63,831 bases of DNA from an uncultured Alphaproteobacteria bacterium. Lineage in GTDB: Bacteria > Pseudomonadota > Alphaproteobacteria > SHVP01. Within the stretch, counting starts at the first letter, position 1. Every line of letters begins with the position of its first letter. Under the pieces are notes generated by a model. It made no database searches. It saw only the letters and a list, made by a program, of their open reading frames with translations, and was not told where the DNA came from. The stretch is from contig CAZTAK010000002.1 in the NCBI GenBank assembly GCA_964611585.1, positions 9,563 to 73,393 of the forward strand, written 5' to 3'. The translations under genes were made by a program, and so were the position numbers. Of the stretch, positions 11,743 to 22,698 are shown piece by piece.

Positions 11743-12933
11743 CTAGCGGCGGCGCCGTGCAATCATCTCTTCGGCGCACTTCCGGGCGGCACGGTCGAGG
11801 TCGATCACCTCGGCAATTGAGGCTAGCGCACCGCAGGTCATGGCACCCAGCGCAGCCTCCACCGTCCGCGCGATATCGAGGAACGCCAGGCGGCGGTTGA
11901 GGAAGGCGTGAACGGCAACTTCGTTGGCGGCATTTAGAATCGTAGGTGCGCCACCGCCCGCTTTCAAAGCTTCGCGGGCCAAACGAAGACTGGGAAACCG
12001 ATTGATGTCCGGGTTTTCGAATGTGAGTTGACCGAGGCCGGCGAGGTCGAGGCGCTGCGCCGGTGCGTCGATGCGGTCCGGCCATCCCAATGCGAACGCT
12101 ATCGGCGTGCGCATGTCGGGCGTACCCATCTGGGCCAGCACCGAGCCATCGACGTAGGTCACCATGCTGTGCACCACGGATTGGGGGTGAATGACGATGT
12201 CGATGGCCGATTCCGGCGCGCCGAAGATGTAGTGAGCCTCGATCAGTTCCAAGCCTTTGTTCATCATTGTCGCCGAATCGACGGATATCTTTGCACCCAT
12301 TTCCCAGGTCGGATGGGCCAGTGCCTGCTCCACCGTTACATGCGCCATGACTTCGATGTCGAGGTTGCGGAACGGTCCGCCCGAAGCGGTCAGGATGATC
12401 CGTTCGACCGAATCGCGTTGATCGAAATCGAACACCTGGAAGATCGCGTTGTGTTCGGAATCGACCGGCAACAATGTCGCGCCGCACAGCGCCACCTCCG
12501 CCATGACGAGATCGCCGGCGCTGACCAGGCATTCCTTGTTGGCGAGCGCCAGCACAGCGCCTTGCTGGATCGCCGCCAGTGCCGGTTCGAGACCGGCAGC
12601 GCCGACGATCGCCGCCATCACCCAGTCGGCGGGCCGGCGCGCCGCCTCGACCAGCGCTTGCGTGCCGGCAGCGACCTCGATCCCGGTTCCGGCGAGAGCC
12701 TCGCGCAAGGGGCCATACAGCGATTCATCGCCGATCACGGCCAAAGCGGGACGAAGCCGCACCGCCTGTTCCGTCAGTTGCGCGACGCTGGTGTTCGCGG
12801 TCAGCGCCTCGACCCGGTAGCGTTCCGGGTTGCGTTCGATCAAATCGACGGTATTGGAACCGACCGACCCGGTCGATCCGAGAATCGTCACGCGCTTGGA
12901 CCGGGCCTCCTCTCGGGGATTCACTAACGCCAT
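11743..12933 (-). CDS. dxr: 1-deoxy-D-xylulose-5-phosphate reductoisomerase
   Basis: 396-aa ORF. N-terminal NADPH motif ILGSTGSVGSNT. Whole-length DXR-like sequence. Confidence 0.93.
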   Translation of the reverse strand: MALVNPREEARSKRVTILGSTGSVGSNTVDLIERNPERYRVEALTANTSVAQLTEQAVRLRPALAVIGDESLYGPLREALAGTGIEVAAGTQALVEAARRPADWVMAAIVGAAGLEPALAAIQQGAVLALANKECLVSAGDLVMAEVALCGATLLPVDSEHNAIFQVFDFDQRDSVERIILTASGGPFRNLDIEVMAHVTVEQALAHPTWEMGAKISVDSATMMNKGLELIEAHYIFGAPESAIDIVIHPQSVVHSMVTYVDGSVLAQMGTPDMRTPIAFALGWPDRIDAPAQRLDLAGLGQLTFENPDINRFPSLRLAREALKAGGGAPTILNAANEVAVHAFLNRRLAFLDIARTVEAALGAMTCGALASIAEVIDLDRAARKCAEEMIARRRR

Positions 12934-13748
12934 TGAAACACGCTGCCGTTGTTCAGGAATGCGAAGGCAGCCAGCGCCGGAGCGGCGAAAAGCAGGCCAT
13001 CGACTCTGTCGAGAATACCACCGTGACCGGGAATCAGGAGCCCTGAATCCTTGACCCCGAAATGGCGCTTGATCGCCGACTCGGCAAGGTCGCCCGCCTG
13101 GGATATCAACCCGATCACCAGACTGATGGCGATCAGCGCGCCCCAGGCGCCGGATGCGGCCAGCCAGGCGGCAACAGCGCCAGTCGCGGCCGCCGCCACA
13201 AGCCCCCCGATCAGGCCGGACCAGGTCTTATTGGGGCTGACCGCGGGCGCGAGTCTCGGTCCGCGGATCGTCCGCCCGGCCAGGATGGCGCCGCTGTCGA
13301 GCGCCCACACCACCGCCAGCAGAAAAAGCATCACCGCCGCCCCGTGTTCCGTCTCGGTGCGCAGCCAGATGAGGGCGAGCGCTGGAATTCCGAAATAAGG
13401 AACCGCCGCGGCCGGCCACAGTGGCGGGCGATTCAACCCCCGCGAAACGCCCAACAGCGCCACCGCGCCGATGGCGATGACGCCAAAGGCGGCCGGGTAG
13501 AGCCCGAGCGCCGCGAGGATGGCAACGGCCGCCAGAGTCCCGGCCTGCATCGCACCCATCACCGTGCGCAGCCCGGTGCCGCCGCACAACCGGTCCCACT
13601 CGTTGGTCAGAAGCACGACAACTGCCAACACCAGCAGATCAAACAGCCAGCCGCCAACCCAGACGCAGGCCACCGTCACCGGAATGAGCACGGCGGCGGA
13701 TGCGATCCTGAGGCCTAGGGAGTCGGGTGTCGTCCCAGCCGCTCTCAT
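12924..13748 (-). CDS. cdsA: phosphatidate cytidylyltransferase
   Basis: ORF 12924..13874 trimmed to ATG 13748, which makes an ATGA overlap with the uppS stop. Multi-TM protein with the C-terminal signature [27 protein letters not shown]. Confidence 0.85.
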   Translation of the reverse strand: MRAAGTTPDSLGLRIASAAVLIPVTVACVWVGGWLFDLLVLAVVVLLTNEWDRLCGGTGLRTVMGAMQAGTLAAVAILAALGLYPAAFGVIAIGAVALLGVSRGLNRPPLWPAAAVPYFGIPALALIWLRTETEHGAAVMLFLLAVVWALDSGAILAGRTIRGPRLAPAVSPNKTWSGLIGGLVAAAATGAVAAWLAASGAWGALIAISLVIGLISQAGDLAESAIKRHFGVKDSGLLIPGHGGILDRVDGLLFAAPALAAFAFLNNGSVFQWR

Positions 13749-14479
13749 GCGCTGGCGGCGCCGTATCGCCGCTCTCGCCTCTGAAATTCGGCGATCGCCT
13801 GGGCCATGTCCTCGCTCGTAAAGTCGGGCCACAGGGTGTCGAGGAATACCAGCTCCGAATAGGCGAGTTGCCACAGCAGGAAATTGCTGAGGCGTTGTTC
13901 GCCGCTGGTCCGGATCATCAGATCCGGGTCGGGAATTCCAGCAGTGTCGAGGTGGTCGGCAAGGAGCCGGGGCGTGATGTCATCCGGGTGGATATTGCCC
14001 GCTGCCACCTTCTCTGCCAGCGATTGTACCGCTTTGACGATCTCGTTCTGGCCACCGTAATTGAGCGCAATAATCAGATTGAGTCCGGTGTTGCCGCTGG
14101 TGGTCCGGGTGGCGTCGGCGATCAGCTCCTGAATGTCCGCCGGCAGCGGCGCCGGATCGCCAATGAACCGCATCCGTACGTTGTTGCGGTGCAGGTCCGC
14201 CAGTTCGCGCTTGATATAGAGGCGCATCAGCCCCATGAGATCGTTGATCTCGGCCGCCGGGCGCTTCCAGTTCTCAGACGAAAAAGCGTACAGCGTGAGA
14301 TATTGGATGCCGAGACTGCGTGCCGCTTCGACCGCGGCCCTGACAGCGCGCGCGCCACGCTGGTGACCGGCGATCCGCGGCAGGCCGCGCGCCTTGGCCC
14401 ATCGCCCGTTACCATCCATGATGATCGCGATGTGAATCGGCGGCGCGGGCACGCCATCTATGCGGGGAGCGACCGACAC
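13745..14479 (-). CDS. uppS: di-trans,poly-cis-undecaprenyl-diphosphate synthase
   Basis: 244-aa ORF (GTG start) with the [12 protein letters not shown] motif and ENWKRP. Confidence 0.93.
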   Translation of the reverse strand: MSVAPRIDGVPAPPIHIAIIMDGNGRWAKARGLPRIAGHQRGARAVRAAVEAARSLGIQYLTLYAFSSENWKRPAAEINDLMGLMRLYIKRELADLHRNNVRMRFIGDPAPLPADIQELIADATRTTSGNTGLNLIIALNYGGQNEIVKAVQSLAEKVAAGNIHPDDITPRLLADHLDTAGIPDPDLMIRTSGEQRLSNFLLWQLAYSELVFLDTLWPDFTSEDMAQAIAEFQRRERRYGAASA

Positions 14480-14482
14480 CGG

Positions 14483-15040
14483 CTACACCTGCATGATCTC
14501 TGCTTGTTTCTCTTCGAATATTTTGTCGATCTTGGCGATGGTGCCGTCGGTCATATTCTGGAACTCTTCGCCCCAGATTTTGTGATCGTCCTGCGACATT
14601 TCCCCCGCCTTTTCCAGTTTCTTGAGCTGGTCCATACCGTCACGACGCACGTTGCGGACCGCGACCCGGGCCTGTTCGCTATATTTGGCAGCGACCTTTG
14701 CCAGTTCGGCGCGCCGTTCCTCGGTCAGTTCGGGAATCGGGACGCGCACAAGCTGGCCGTCGGCAGACGGATTGAGCCCGAGGCCGGAATCGCGAATCGA
14801 CTTTTCGACCGCCTTGACCATGGTCTTGTCCCAAACCTGAACACTAATCAAGCGCGGTTCGGGCACGTTGATGCTTGCCACCTGGCTGACCGGCGTCTCT
14901 GCGCCATAGGCGTCGACTTTGACCTGATCGAGCAGACTGGCCGATGCCCGCCCGGTCCGGAGTCCGCCGAATTCGCGCTTCAGGGCCTCAATGGCGCCGT
15001 GCATGCGGCGCTCGATATCGTCAACGTCCGGATCCGACAC
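14483..15040 (-). CDS. frr: ribosome recycling factor
   Basis: 185-aa ORF. RRF-like throughout ([12 protein letters not shown]..., ...EERRAELAK...). Conserved pyrH-frr-uppS order. Confidence 0.93.
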   Translation of the reverse strand: MSDPDVDDIERRMHGAIEALKREFGGLRTGRASASLLDQVKVDAYGAETPVSQVASINVPEPRLISVQVWDKTMVKAVEKSIRDSGLGLNPSADGQLVRVPIPELTEERRAELAKVAAKYSEQARVAVRNVRRDGMDQLKKLEKAGEMSQDDHKIWGEEFQNMTDGTIAKIDKIFEEKQAEIMQV

Positions 15041-15794
15041 CGCTTTCTCTCCCGACTAGGTCCACGGTCCCTGCCTTTTCACCGATGACGGTGCAAAGAC
15101 CCGTGCCCGCGACCACTTGGGCAAACGCATTGGGTTCATGGATCGAGAATACCAAGATCGGAATGTTGTTGTCGCGGGCCAATGTGATGGCGGCGGCATC
15201 CATGACTCGAAGGTCCCGCGCCAGCACTTCGATATAGGTGAGAAAATCATAGCGTGTGGCGGCCGGATCGGTCTTGGGATCGGCCGAATAGACCCCATCC
15301 ACCTGAGTTGCCTTGAACAGCGCGTCGCAGCCCATTTCCGCGGCGCGAAGCGCGGCCGCCGTGTCGGTGGTGAAATAGGGATTGCCGGTGCCAGCGGCAA
15401 AAACCACCACCCGGTTCTTTTCCAGGTGCCGCACCGCGCGGCGCCGGACATAGGGCTCGCACACGCTTGCCATCGGGATTGCCGAAAGCACCCGCGTGCG
15501 AATCGCGATTTCTTCGAGGGCGTGCTGCATGGCGAGCGCGTTGATGACCGTGGCCAGCATGCCCATATAGTCGGCGTTGGCCCGTTCCATCCCCTGACCC
15601 GCCGCCGGGCCGCCGCGAAAGATGTTGCCGCCGCCGACGACGAGGCATATTTCGATCCCTTGGCTGTGAACCGTCCCGACCTCGGCGGCGATCCGCTTGA
15701 CCGTCGGCCAATCAATTCCATAACCGCTCCTGCCCATCAGGGCCTCTCCCGACATTTTCAGAAGAATGCGGCGATATGGCGGCAATGACGGCAT
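15021..15794 (-). CDS. pyrH: UMP kinase
   Basis: ORF 15021..15803. ATG at 15794 gives [19 protein letters not shown], the canonical UMP kinase N-terminus. The 3-prime end overlaps the frr start by 20 nt. Confidence 0.9.
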   Translation of the reverse strand: MPSLPPYRRILLKMSGEALMGRSGYGIDWPTVKRIAAEVGTVHSQGIEICLVVGGGNIFRGGPAAGQGMERANADYMGMLATVINALAMQHALEEIAIRTRVLSAIPMASVCEPYVRRRAVRHLEKNRVVVFAAGTGNPYFTTDTAAALRAAEMGCDALFKATQVDGVYSADPKTDPAATRYDFLTYIEVLARDLRVMDAAAITLARDNNIPILVFSIHEPNAFAQVVAGTGLCTVIGEKAGTVDLVGRESGVGSGR

Positions 15795-16015
15795 GGGACA
15801 CACGGGCTACAGGAACCGGCCGGAGAATATGGGCTCGGCCCGATAAGATACACTAAATCTAGTGGCAGCAAAACCACCATCCGCTAGAGATGGGGTCCCC
15901 GACACTGCAAGTGCCCGCGTTGGTTCGTCTGAAAACGCCCGTGGCCGCAAGGCGGCCCGCCGCTTTGGCGGGGCGCCCGCGCAGGCGTGGATCCTTGGTT
16001 CCGCTGCCGTGAGCG

Positions 16016-16051
16016 AAAAAAAACCGAAGTGGTTCCGATCAAAACGGAACC
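16016..16051 (-). terminator. candidate terminator downstream of tsf
   Basis: On the minus strand, GGTTCCG-ttttgat-CGGAACC forms a 7-bp stem. It is followed after 8 nt by a run of 9 T (plus-strand A-run 16016-16024). The spacing is non-canonical. Confidence 0.35.
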
Positions 16052-16185
16052 GCTCTAGCGGTGCGACTCCGACAATTCGATCCCTCGATACCAGCCCGCA
16101 CCGCTCGGTTAGCTTTTTGGTTGTGTTCAGTTCTGTTCGACGTTTGGTCCCAATTCCATCGGGTCCCAATGTCGGAAATGAACCG

Positions 16186-17112
16186 CTAGGTACCGGCCTG
16201 AGCCGCGACCTCGGCAGCGAAGTCTGTCTCTTTCTTTTCGACGCCTTCGCCGAGCACAAAACGCGCAAAGCCGGTGATCTCGATCTGGGCGCCGGCATCC
16301 TGTCCTGCCGCCTCGATCGCATCGGCGACCTTGGTTTCGTTGTCGATCACGAACGTCTGCTCGGTCAGCACGATTTCTTGATAGAACTTCCGCAGCCGCC
16401 CCTCGACCATCTTCTCGATAATGTTCTCGGGCTTGCCCGACTCGCGCGCCTGTCCCGACAACACCTCGCGCTCGTGCTGTACAATATCGGCGTCCAGTTC
16501 GGCGACGTTCACCGCTTGCGGATTGGTGGCGGCGATATGCATGGCAAGCTGTTTGCCAAACGCCGCGACCTTGGCCGCATCGCCCGACGATTTCAGGCCG
16601 ACAATAACGCCGATCCGGCCCAATCCCGGCGACAGGGCGCCGTGAATGTATGCGGCGACCGCGCCCTCGTCGACGGCAAGGGCAGCGGTGCGGCGAAGAT
16701 TCATGTTTTCGCCAAGAATCGAAATCATGTGGGTCACCTGATCGGCGATCGAACGGCTCGTCTCCGGATGGGCCGCGGCAGCGAGATCCTCAAGATTGCC
16801 GCCGCAATCGATGGCAACGCCCGCGACTGCCGACACGAAAGCCTGGAATTCTTCGTTGTGGCTGACGAAATCGGTTTCGGAATTGATTTCGACCATGCTG
16901 GCGGCGCGCTCGGCGGTGGCAATGCCGATCAAACCTTCAGCGGCAACACGGCTCGATTTCTTGGCCGCGGCAGCAAGCCCCTTGGTGCGAAGCCAGTCGG
17001 CGGCAGCCTCGAGGTTGCCGCCGGACTCGGTCAGAGCCTTCTTGCAGTCCATCATGCCTGCGCCGGTGCGCTCGCGCAGTTCCTTTACGAGGGAAGCGGT
17101 TATTTGCGTCAT
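16186..17112 (-). CDS. tsf: translation elongation factor Ts
   Basis: 308-aa ORF with N-terminal ITASLVKELRERTGAGMMDCKKAL (UBA-like EF-Ts signature). Confidence 0.95.
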   Translation of the reverse strand: MTQITASLVKELRERTGAGMMDCKKALTESGGNLEAAADWLRTKGLAAAAKKSSRVAAEGLIGIATAERAASMVEINSETDFVSHNEEFQAFVSAVAGVAIDCGGNLEDLAAAAHPETSRSIADQVTHMISILGENMNLRRTAALAVDEGAVAAYIHGALSPGLGRIGVIVGLKSSGDAAKVAAFGKQLAMHIAATNPQAVNVAELDADIVQHEREVLSGQARESGKPENIIEKMVEGRLRKFYQEIVLTEQTFVIDNETKVADAIEAAGQDAGAQIEITGFARFVLGEGVEKKETDFAAEVAAQAGT

Positions 17113-17168
17113 TTCAGTCCGTGAGTCGTCGTGATGGGGCGTCCGCGCCGCGGACGCCCACCCAATCG

Positions 17169-18047
17169 TCAGGCCGCGGGGGTTGCCGGCGGCGTATCGG
17201 TTTCGGCCGGGTTTGCCTCGGCGCCAGCGGTTTCCGGCGCCGTTGGCGCGGTTTCGGCTGTACCGCTTTCGGCCGCAGGTTCGGCAGGCGCCGCTTCAGG
17301 CGGCAGCGATTCGGCCGGGGCCTCGATGGCCTCGCCGACATCGCCGCCACTGGCCACAACCTCCTCCTGGATACCGTCGAGCACCGCGCCGGAAAGCAAT
17401 TCGCAATACATCGCGATTGCCCGTAGGGCGTCGTCGTTGCCGGGGATCGGGTAGGTCACCCCGTCCGGGTCGGAGTTGGTATCGAGAATCGCGATCACGG
17501 GAATCCCGAGTTTGGCCGCCTCTTTGACCGCGATCTCTTCCTTGTTGGTGTCGATCACGATGAGGACGTCGGGTTGGCTGCCCATTTCCTTGATCCCGCC
17601 GAGGGCGCGTTCGAGCTTGTTGCGCTGGCGGTCAAGGTGCAGGAGCTCTTTCTTGGTAAGGCCACTGGCCTCGCCGGCAAGCTGCTCTTCGAAGTCGCGC
17701 AGCCGCTTGATCGAGACTGAAATCGTGCGCCAGTTGGTCAGCGTTCCGCCGAGCCAGCGGTGATTGATGTAGTACTGGCCGCAGCGATTGGCTGCCGTGG
17801 TTACGGCCTCGGAGGCCTGTCGCTTGGTGCCGACAAACAGCACCCGGCCGCCGCCCGCAACCACGTCCCGAATCACCTGCATCGCCGCATACAGCATCGG
17901 CACCGTCTGCTGCAGATCGATGATGTGGATTCCGCTGCGTTCACCGAAGATGTAAGGCGCCATCTTCGGATTCCAGCGCCGGGTCTGGTGCCCAAAATGC
18001 ACGCCAGCTTCGAGAAGCTGACGCATCGTGAATGTAGGAAGCGTCAT
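17169..18047 (-). CDS. rpsB: 30S ribosomal protein S2 (with Pro/Glu/Ala-rich C-terminal tail)
   Basis: 292-aa ORF with [22 protein letters not shown] near the N-terminus. The last ~54 aa are low-complexity P/E/A/T. Confidence 0.95.
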   Translation of the reverse strand: MTLPTFTMRQLLEAGVHFGHQTRRWNPKMAPYIFGERSGIHIIDLQQTVPMLYAAMQVIRDVVAGGGRVLFVGTKRQASEAVTTAANRCGQYYINHRWLGGTLTNWRTISVSIKRLRDFEEQLAGEASGLTKKELLHLDRQRNKLERALGGIKEMGSQPDVLIVIDTNKEEIAVKEAAKLGIPVIAILDTNSDPDGVTYPIPGNDDALRAIAMYCELLSGAVLDGIQEEVVASGGDVGEAIEAPAESLPPEAAPAEPAAESGTAETAPTAPETAGAEANPAETDTPPATPAA

Positions 18048-18382
18048 CGTCTTTCCTTTACCGGTTATTCCGCCGCGGGCAGAGATCCGGGCTGTGGCCC
18101 GAACACCGGATGGCCGGCCGGCATGTGTGCCGTCCGGCCGTCACCCGCGTGAGAAGTTTTGGCTTGCGCCGGGGCGGTTGATAGCCCCAGACGAGGCCGA
18201 GAGCAAGGGGATTCGGCGATTTCGGCCCGGATTCGTCAATATTGCCCGAGCCCCCCCTGGTGATCGACCTGTTCCCTCGAGACGATCATCTTGAATTGCA
18301 TCGTCGTCACAACGGCGAATTCTCGCGCCGTCGTCAAAACTGGCTTGATTTCAATGTCTTGTGTGGTTTTCTTATCAAAAAC

Positions 18383-21300
18383 CTAGAGGTCGCGCAGCCG
18401 CACCACCCCCGGCGCCATTTCCAGTTCGGCCCGCAGCGCCGGTGAAATGGCAAACCCGCCCGGCAGACCGATTTCGACAACTCGGCCCTCCTCGGCAATT
18501 TGCACATGAAGGTGAATGTGCCCGCGCCCCTTCGAGGCCGCTTCGAGGTGGGCACGCAGAACGCCGAAATCTTCTTCGGATCCCGCAGCGTCAAGGAATA
18601 CCTCGAGTCCGGCGGCGGCGTGCGCCACGGCCGCGTCGAGGGATTGTATTCTCTGCGCCGTAAGCCTGACCTCACCGTTGTCGTCGACCCGGGCCTCGAC
18701 AGTGGCAAGCACCGATTTGCCGCCCTCTAGCAATTCACGCGCCGCCGCGAGTTGTTCCGAAAAAACGGTGATCTCGTAGGCACCACTCGAATCCGAAAGA
18801 CGCAGGAAGGCGAACCGGTTGCCACGCGACGAGCGGTGTTCGCGCCGGCCCAGCACGGCGCCCGCCAGTTTGATTCGGCGCGCCTCGCCGCTCGCCTGGG
18901 CAACGGCGTCGGCATGTGTCACAACGCCCAGCCGTTCGAGGCTGGTGGCATAGGATTCGAGCGGGTGTGCCGTCAGGTAGGTGCCGACGGCATCGAATTC
19001 TTCCTTCAGGAGGTCCATCTTCGACCACGGATCGGCCGTGACCCGGATGGTGTCCGGGGCCGTCTCCGACGACGCCCCGAACAGGCTTTCCTGTCCGCTT
19101 TCGCGCGCAGCAGCCGAGCTGGCGGCGTGACGAAGGAGAGTCTCGGCGGCAGCCAGTACGCCGGCGCGGTTGATTTCGAGAGAATCGAAGGCGCCAGCGC
19201 GCGCCAGGTTCTCGATCTGGCGCTTGTTGACCAGATGCGGGTCAAGGCGTTCGGCGAACCCGGTCAGGCTGGTGAAGGGACCGCCCGCCTCGCGCGCCGC
19301 CACCAGTCCCTGCATGGCGGCGCGGCCCACGTTCTTGACGGCGGCCAGCGCATAGCGCACCGCCGCGTTGCCGCTTGCATCCGTCTCGACCGTGAAATCG
19401 GCACCCGATCTATTCACGTCGGGCGGCAGCATGGTGATCTCTAGCCGCTTGAGCTCCTCCCGGGAAACGGCAAGTTTTTCGGTGTGATTGAGGTCGAGTG
19501 TCATGGTTGCGGCAAAGAACTCGACCGGATGGTTGGCTTTGAGCCACGCGGTCTGGTAGGCCAAGAGCGCATACCCCGCCGAGTGCGCCTTGTTGAAGCC
19601 GTAGCCGGCGAACTTGTCGACCAGGACGAAAACGTACTCGGCGCGATCCCTCTCGACGCCGCGCGCCACGGCACCATCCACAAACGTGTCGCGCTGCGCC
19701 GCCATTTCGGATTTGATCTTCTTGCCCATGGCGCGCCGCAGCAGATCGGCTTGCGCCAGCGTGAATCCCGCGAACACCTGGGCAATCTGCATTACCTGTT
19801 CCTGATAGATGATGACGCCATAGGTGTCCTTGACCACGGGTTCGATGGATTCGTGCAGGAATTCCGGGGCCTCGCGCCCGTTCTTGCAGGCCACATACTT
19901 CGGGATGTTCTCCATCGGACCCGGACGGAAGAGAGCGACCAGGGCAATCAGGTCCTCGATATTGCTCGGTTCGGAATCGCGCAACAGATCGCGCATCCCG
20001 CCCGATTCAAACTGGAACACGCCGACCGATTCGGCACGCTGCAACATCTCGTAGGTGGCGCGATCGTCGAGCGGGATGTGGGCGATGTCGATATCGATGC
20101 CGCGCCCGGCCAGCAGCCGCACCGTGCGGTCGATCACCGACAACGTCTTGAGGCCGAGAAAATCGAACTTCACCAGGCCGGATTGCTCGGCGTATTTCAT
20201 TGAGAACTGCGTCGCCGGCATGTCCGAGCGCGGGTCCTGATAAAGGGGCACCAGCTCATTCAGCGGCCGGTCGGCGATGACGATTCCGGCGGCGTGGGTC
20301 GAGGCGTGGCGGTAAAGGCCTTCGAGTTTTTGGGCGATGTCGAGCAACCGATCGACGCCCTCTTCGCGGGCGCGCAAGTCGTCGAACCGCGGTTCCGATT
20401 TGATCGCCTCGGCCAGTTTGACCGGGTTGGCCGAGTTGTGGGGGACCAGCTTGCTGAGCCGGTCGACGAGGCCATAGGGAAGTTGCAGTACCCGTCCGAC
20501 GTCGCGGATCGCCGCGCGCGCTTGCAGGGTTCCGAAGGTGATGATTTGCGCGACCCGGTCGTGGCCGAATTGCTCCTGCACGTAGTGGATGACCTCGTCG
20601 CGGCGATCCTGGCAAAAATCGATGTCGAAATCCGGCATCGAGACGCGGTCCGGATTGAGAAAACGCTCGAACAGCAGGCCGAAGCGCAACGGATCGAGAT
20701 CGGTAATCGTCAGCGCCCAGGCTACCAGCGAACCGGCGCCGGAGCCCCGTCCCGGCCCGACCGGGATGTCGTGATCGCGCGCCCAGGCGATGAAATCGGC
20801 AACGATCAGGAAATACCCGGCGTAGTTCATGCCGGTGATGACGCCGAGCTCGTGTTGAAGCCGTTCGCGGTAAGGATTGGCGGCCTCGGCCTGCGCCGCC
20901 GCTGCCATGCCGGCGCGAAAAACCTCGGTTTCGAGGCGGCGTTCGAGACCGGCAACTGCGAGCACCGCGAGCTCTTCACCCTCGTTGCGGCCCGGTTCGG
21001 TCGGGTAGCGCGGCAGGATCGGTTCGCGCTCGGTGGGCGCATAGGCGCAGCGCCGGGCAATCACCAGCGTGTTGGTGAGCGCCTCCGGCAGGTCGGCAAA
21101 CAGGGCCGCCATTTCTTCAACGCTCTTGAAGCGGTGCTCCGGCGTCAGGCGGCGGCGCTCGGCCTGCGAGACGTAGGCGCCCTCCGCGACACAAATGAGC
21201 GCATCGTGGGCCTCGAACATGTCCTCGCCGGCGAAAAAAGCTTCGTTGGTGGCGACGATCGGAAGATCGTGCTGGTAAGCGAGCGCGAGCAGTTCGTGTT

Positions 21301-21859
21301 CGACCGGCCCGGGGCCTGAGCCGTAGCGCTGTAATTCGATATAGAGCCGCCCCGGAAACAAGGTTTCGAGCCGTTGCAACAGCCCCTCGGCGATCTCGGC
21401 CTGGCCCCGGCCCAGCAACCGGTCCACCGGCCCGGAAGCGCCTCCCGTCAGGGCGATCAGGCCGTCGGTCAAGTCCGCGAGCGCGTCGATGTGCAGATGC
21501 GGCGGCTCGCCCATCGGGGTTTCGAGAAAAGAACGGCTCGACAGTTTCAGCAAGTTACCGTAGCCGGTCTCGTTCTGGACCAGCAATACGAGGTATTCGC
21601 TGTCGTGCCCGCCGGCGTCGCCGTCGCCGGTTGCTTCGCGGCGCATCGCAACCGCGGTTCCGACAATCGGCTGGATCCCGGCATTGCGGCAGGCGTTGGA
21701 AAATTCGAGGGCGCCGAAAAGGTTGCCGGTATCGGTAACGGCAACGGCGGGCATCCGGTGCATGCGGCACAGCGCCACCAGATCGGCGATCCGGAGCGCC
21801 CCTTCGGACAGCGAATAGGCGGAGTGAACGTGAAGGTGGACGAATTCGGCGTGCGGCAT
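18383..21859 (-). CDS. dnaE: DNA polymerase III subunit alpha
   Basis: 1158-aa ORF with an N-terminal PHP domain (FVHLHVHSAYSLSEGA), polymerase core and a C-terminal OB-fold region. Confidence 0.95.
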   Translation of the reverse strand: MPHAEFVHLHVHSAYSLSEGALRIADLVALCRMHRMPAVAVTDTGNLFGALEFSNACRNAGIQPIVGTAVAMRREATGDGDAGGHDSEYLVLLVQNETGYGNLLKLSSRSFLETPMGEPPHLHIDALADLTDGLIALTGGASGPVDRLLGRGQAEIAEGLLQRLETLFPGRLYIELQRYGSGPGPVEHELLALAYQHDLPIVATNEAFFAGEDMFEAHDALICVAEGAYVSQAERRRLTPEHRFKSVEEMAALFADLPEALTNTLVIARRCAYAPTEREPILPRYPTEPGRNEGEELAVLAVAGLERRLETEVFRAGMAAAAQAEAANPYRERLQHELGVITGMNYAGYFLIVADFIAWARDHDIPVGPGRGSGAGSLVAWALTITDLDPLRFGLLFERFLNPDRVSMPDFDIDFCQDRRDEVIHYVQEQFGHDRVAQIITFGTLQARAAIRDVGRVLQLPYGLVDRLSKLVPHNSANPVKLAEAIKSEPRFDDLRAREEGVDRLLDIAQKLEGLYRHASTHAAGIVIADRPLNELVPLYQDPRSDMPATQFSMKYAEQSGLVKFDFLGLKTLSVIDRTVRLLAGRGIDIDIAHIPLDDRATYEMLQRAESVGVFQFESGGMRDLLRDSEPSNIEDLIALVALFRPGPMENIPKYVACKNGREAPEFLHESIEPVVKDTYGVIIYQEQVMQIAQVFAGFTLAQADLLRRAMGKKIKSEMAAQRDTFVDGAVARGVERDRAEYVFVLVDKFAGYGFNKAHSAGYALLAYQTAWLKANHPVEFFAATMTLDLNHTEKLAVSREELKRLEITMLPPDVNRSGADFTVETDASGNAAVRYALAAVKNVGRAAMQGLVAAREAGGPFTSLTGFAERLDPHLVNKRQIENLARAGAFDSLEINRAGVLAAAETLLRHAASSAAARESGQESLFGASSETAPDTIRVTADPWSKMDLLKEEFDAVGTYLTAHPLESYATSLERLGVVTHADAVAQASGEARRIKLAGAVLGRREHRSSRGNRFAFLRLSDSSGAYEITVFSEQLAAARELLEGGKSVLATVEARVDDNGEVRLTAQRIQSLDAAVAHAAAGLEVFLDAAGSEEDFGVLRAHLEAASKGRGHIHLHVQIAEEGRVVEIGLPGGFAISPALRAELEMAPGVVRLRDL

Positions 21860-22089
21860 GGCGGGAAACTCTACGGAGCGAAATCGCGGATCATGCTGCT
21901 AGGCCATCGCAGTCCCCAAGGTTCCACAGCCGCCGGGCCAAGTCATCCACTAATGCGGCCCCTCGCCGGTGCATCTCAAGGCCAAGCGTAGGCCTGCCCC
22001 GAGGGGCCCCGGGCACGGCACCTTCACGGCGGTTGGCGGCAAGCCGCGCGGGTCCTGTGCACCCGTGGGTCACGCAGTATGATGCGGGC

Positions 22090-22668
22090 ATGGACGATTA
22101 TCTCATCGACCGAGTTCCCCAGGCCCTGCCGGCCATCGAGGCGGAAACCCGCGACGCCGGGTTCGGCATGGCCTCGGATCGCCGGGCCGGCGCGCTGCTG
22201 CGCGTCCTGGCGGCGAGCCGCCCGCAGGGCCGGTTTCTGGAACTCGGCACCGGCTGCGGTCTCTCCGCCGCATGGCTGCTGGATGGGATGGACAGCGGCG
22301 CGACGCTGATTCCCGTCGACGTCGAGGAGACCGTGAGTCGGATTGCCGGCCGCCACCTCGGACAGGACCGGCGGCTGACCCTTGTCGTCGCCGGCGCCCA
22401 GGCCTGGCTTCGCAGTTTTCGCGGCGCGCCGTGCGATCTGATTTTTGCCGACGCCATGCCTGGAAAATACCAACACTTCGATCTCGCCTGGGGTGCCCTT
22501 TCAAAGGGCGGTATCTATGTCATTGACGACATGCTGCCGCAGGACAACTGGCCCGAAGGTCACGCCGGTCAGGTCGAAAAGCTGCTTCGTGACCTCGACA
22601 GCCGCACCGATTGCCGGCTGGTGCGCTTGAGCTGGAGCAGCGGCGTGGTCCTTGCGGTGCGAACTTAG
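22090..22668 (+). CDS. class I SAM-dependent O-methyltransferase (YrrM / caffeoyl-CoA OMT-like)
   Basis: ORF 22033..22668. ATG at 22090 (MDDYLIDRV...) is preferred. SAM-binding motif FLELGTGCGLSAAWL and the downstream IFADA acidic motif. Confidence 0.7.
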   Translation: MDDYLIDRVPQALPAIEAETRDAGFGMASDRRAGALLRVLAASRPQGRFLELGTGCGLSAAWLLDGMDSGATLIPVDVEETVSRIAGRHLGQDRRLTLVVAGAQAWLRSFRGAPCDLIFADAMPGKYQHFDLAWGALSKGGIYVIDDMLPQDNWPEGHAGQVEKLLRDLDSRTDCRLVRLSWSSGVVLAVRT

Positions 22669-22698
22669 TTTCGCGATTCGGGCGCACACCTTCAGGCC

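Noticed and set aside
13727-15088. 453-aa plus-strand ORF antisense to uppS and frr. Similar long mirror ORFs occur at 15862..17124, 51173..52855, 55117..56850, 59480..60460 and 61595..63100.
   Set aside because: Each lies fully opposite a gene with unmistakable family motifs. The translations are Arg/Gly/Pro/His-rich low-information sequence. Long stop-free antisense frames are expected at this GC content.
16125-16138. GTTC-N6-GTTC resembling the alphaproteobacterial SOS (LexA) box GTTC-N7-GTTC.
   Set aside because: The spacing is 6, not 7. The site lies downstream of tsf and far from any SOS-type gene promoter.
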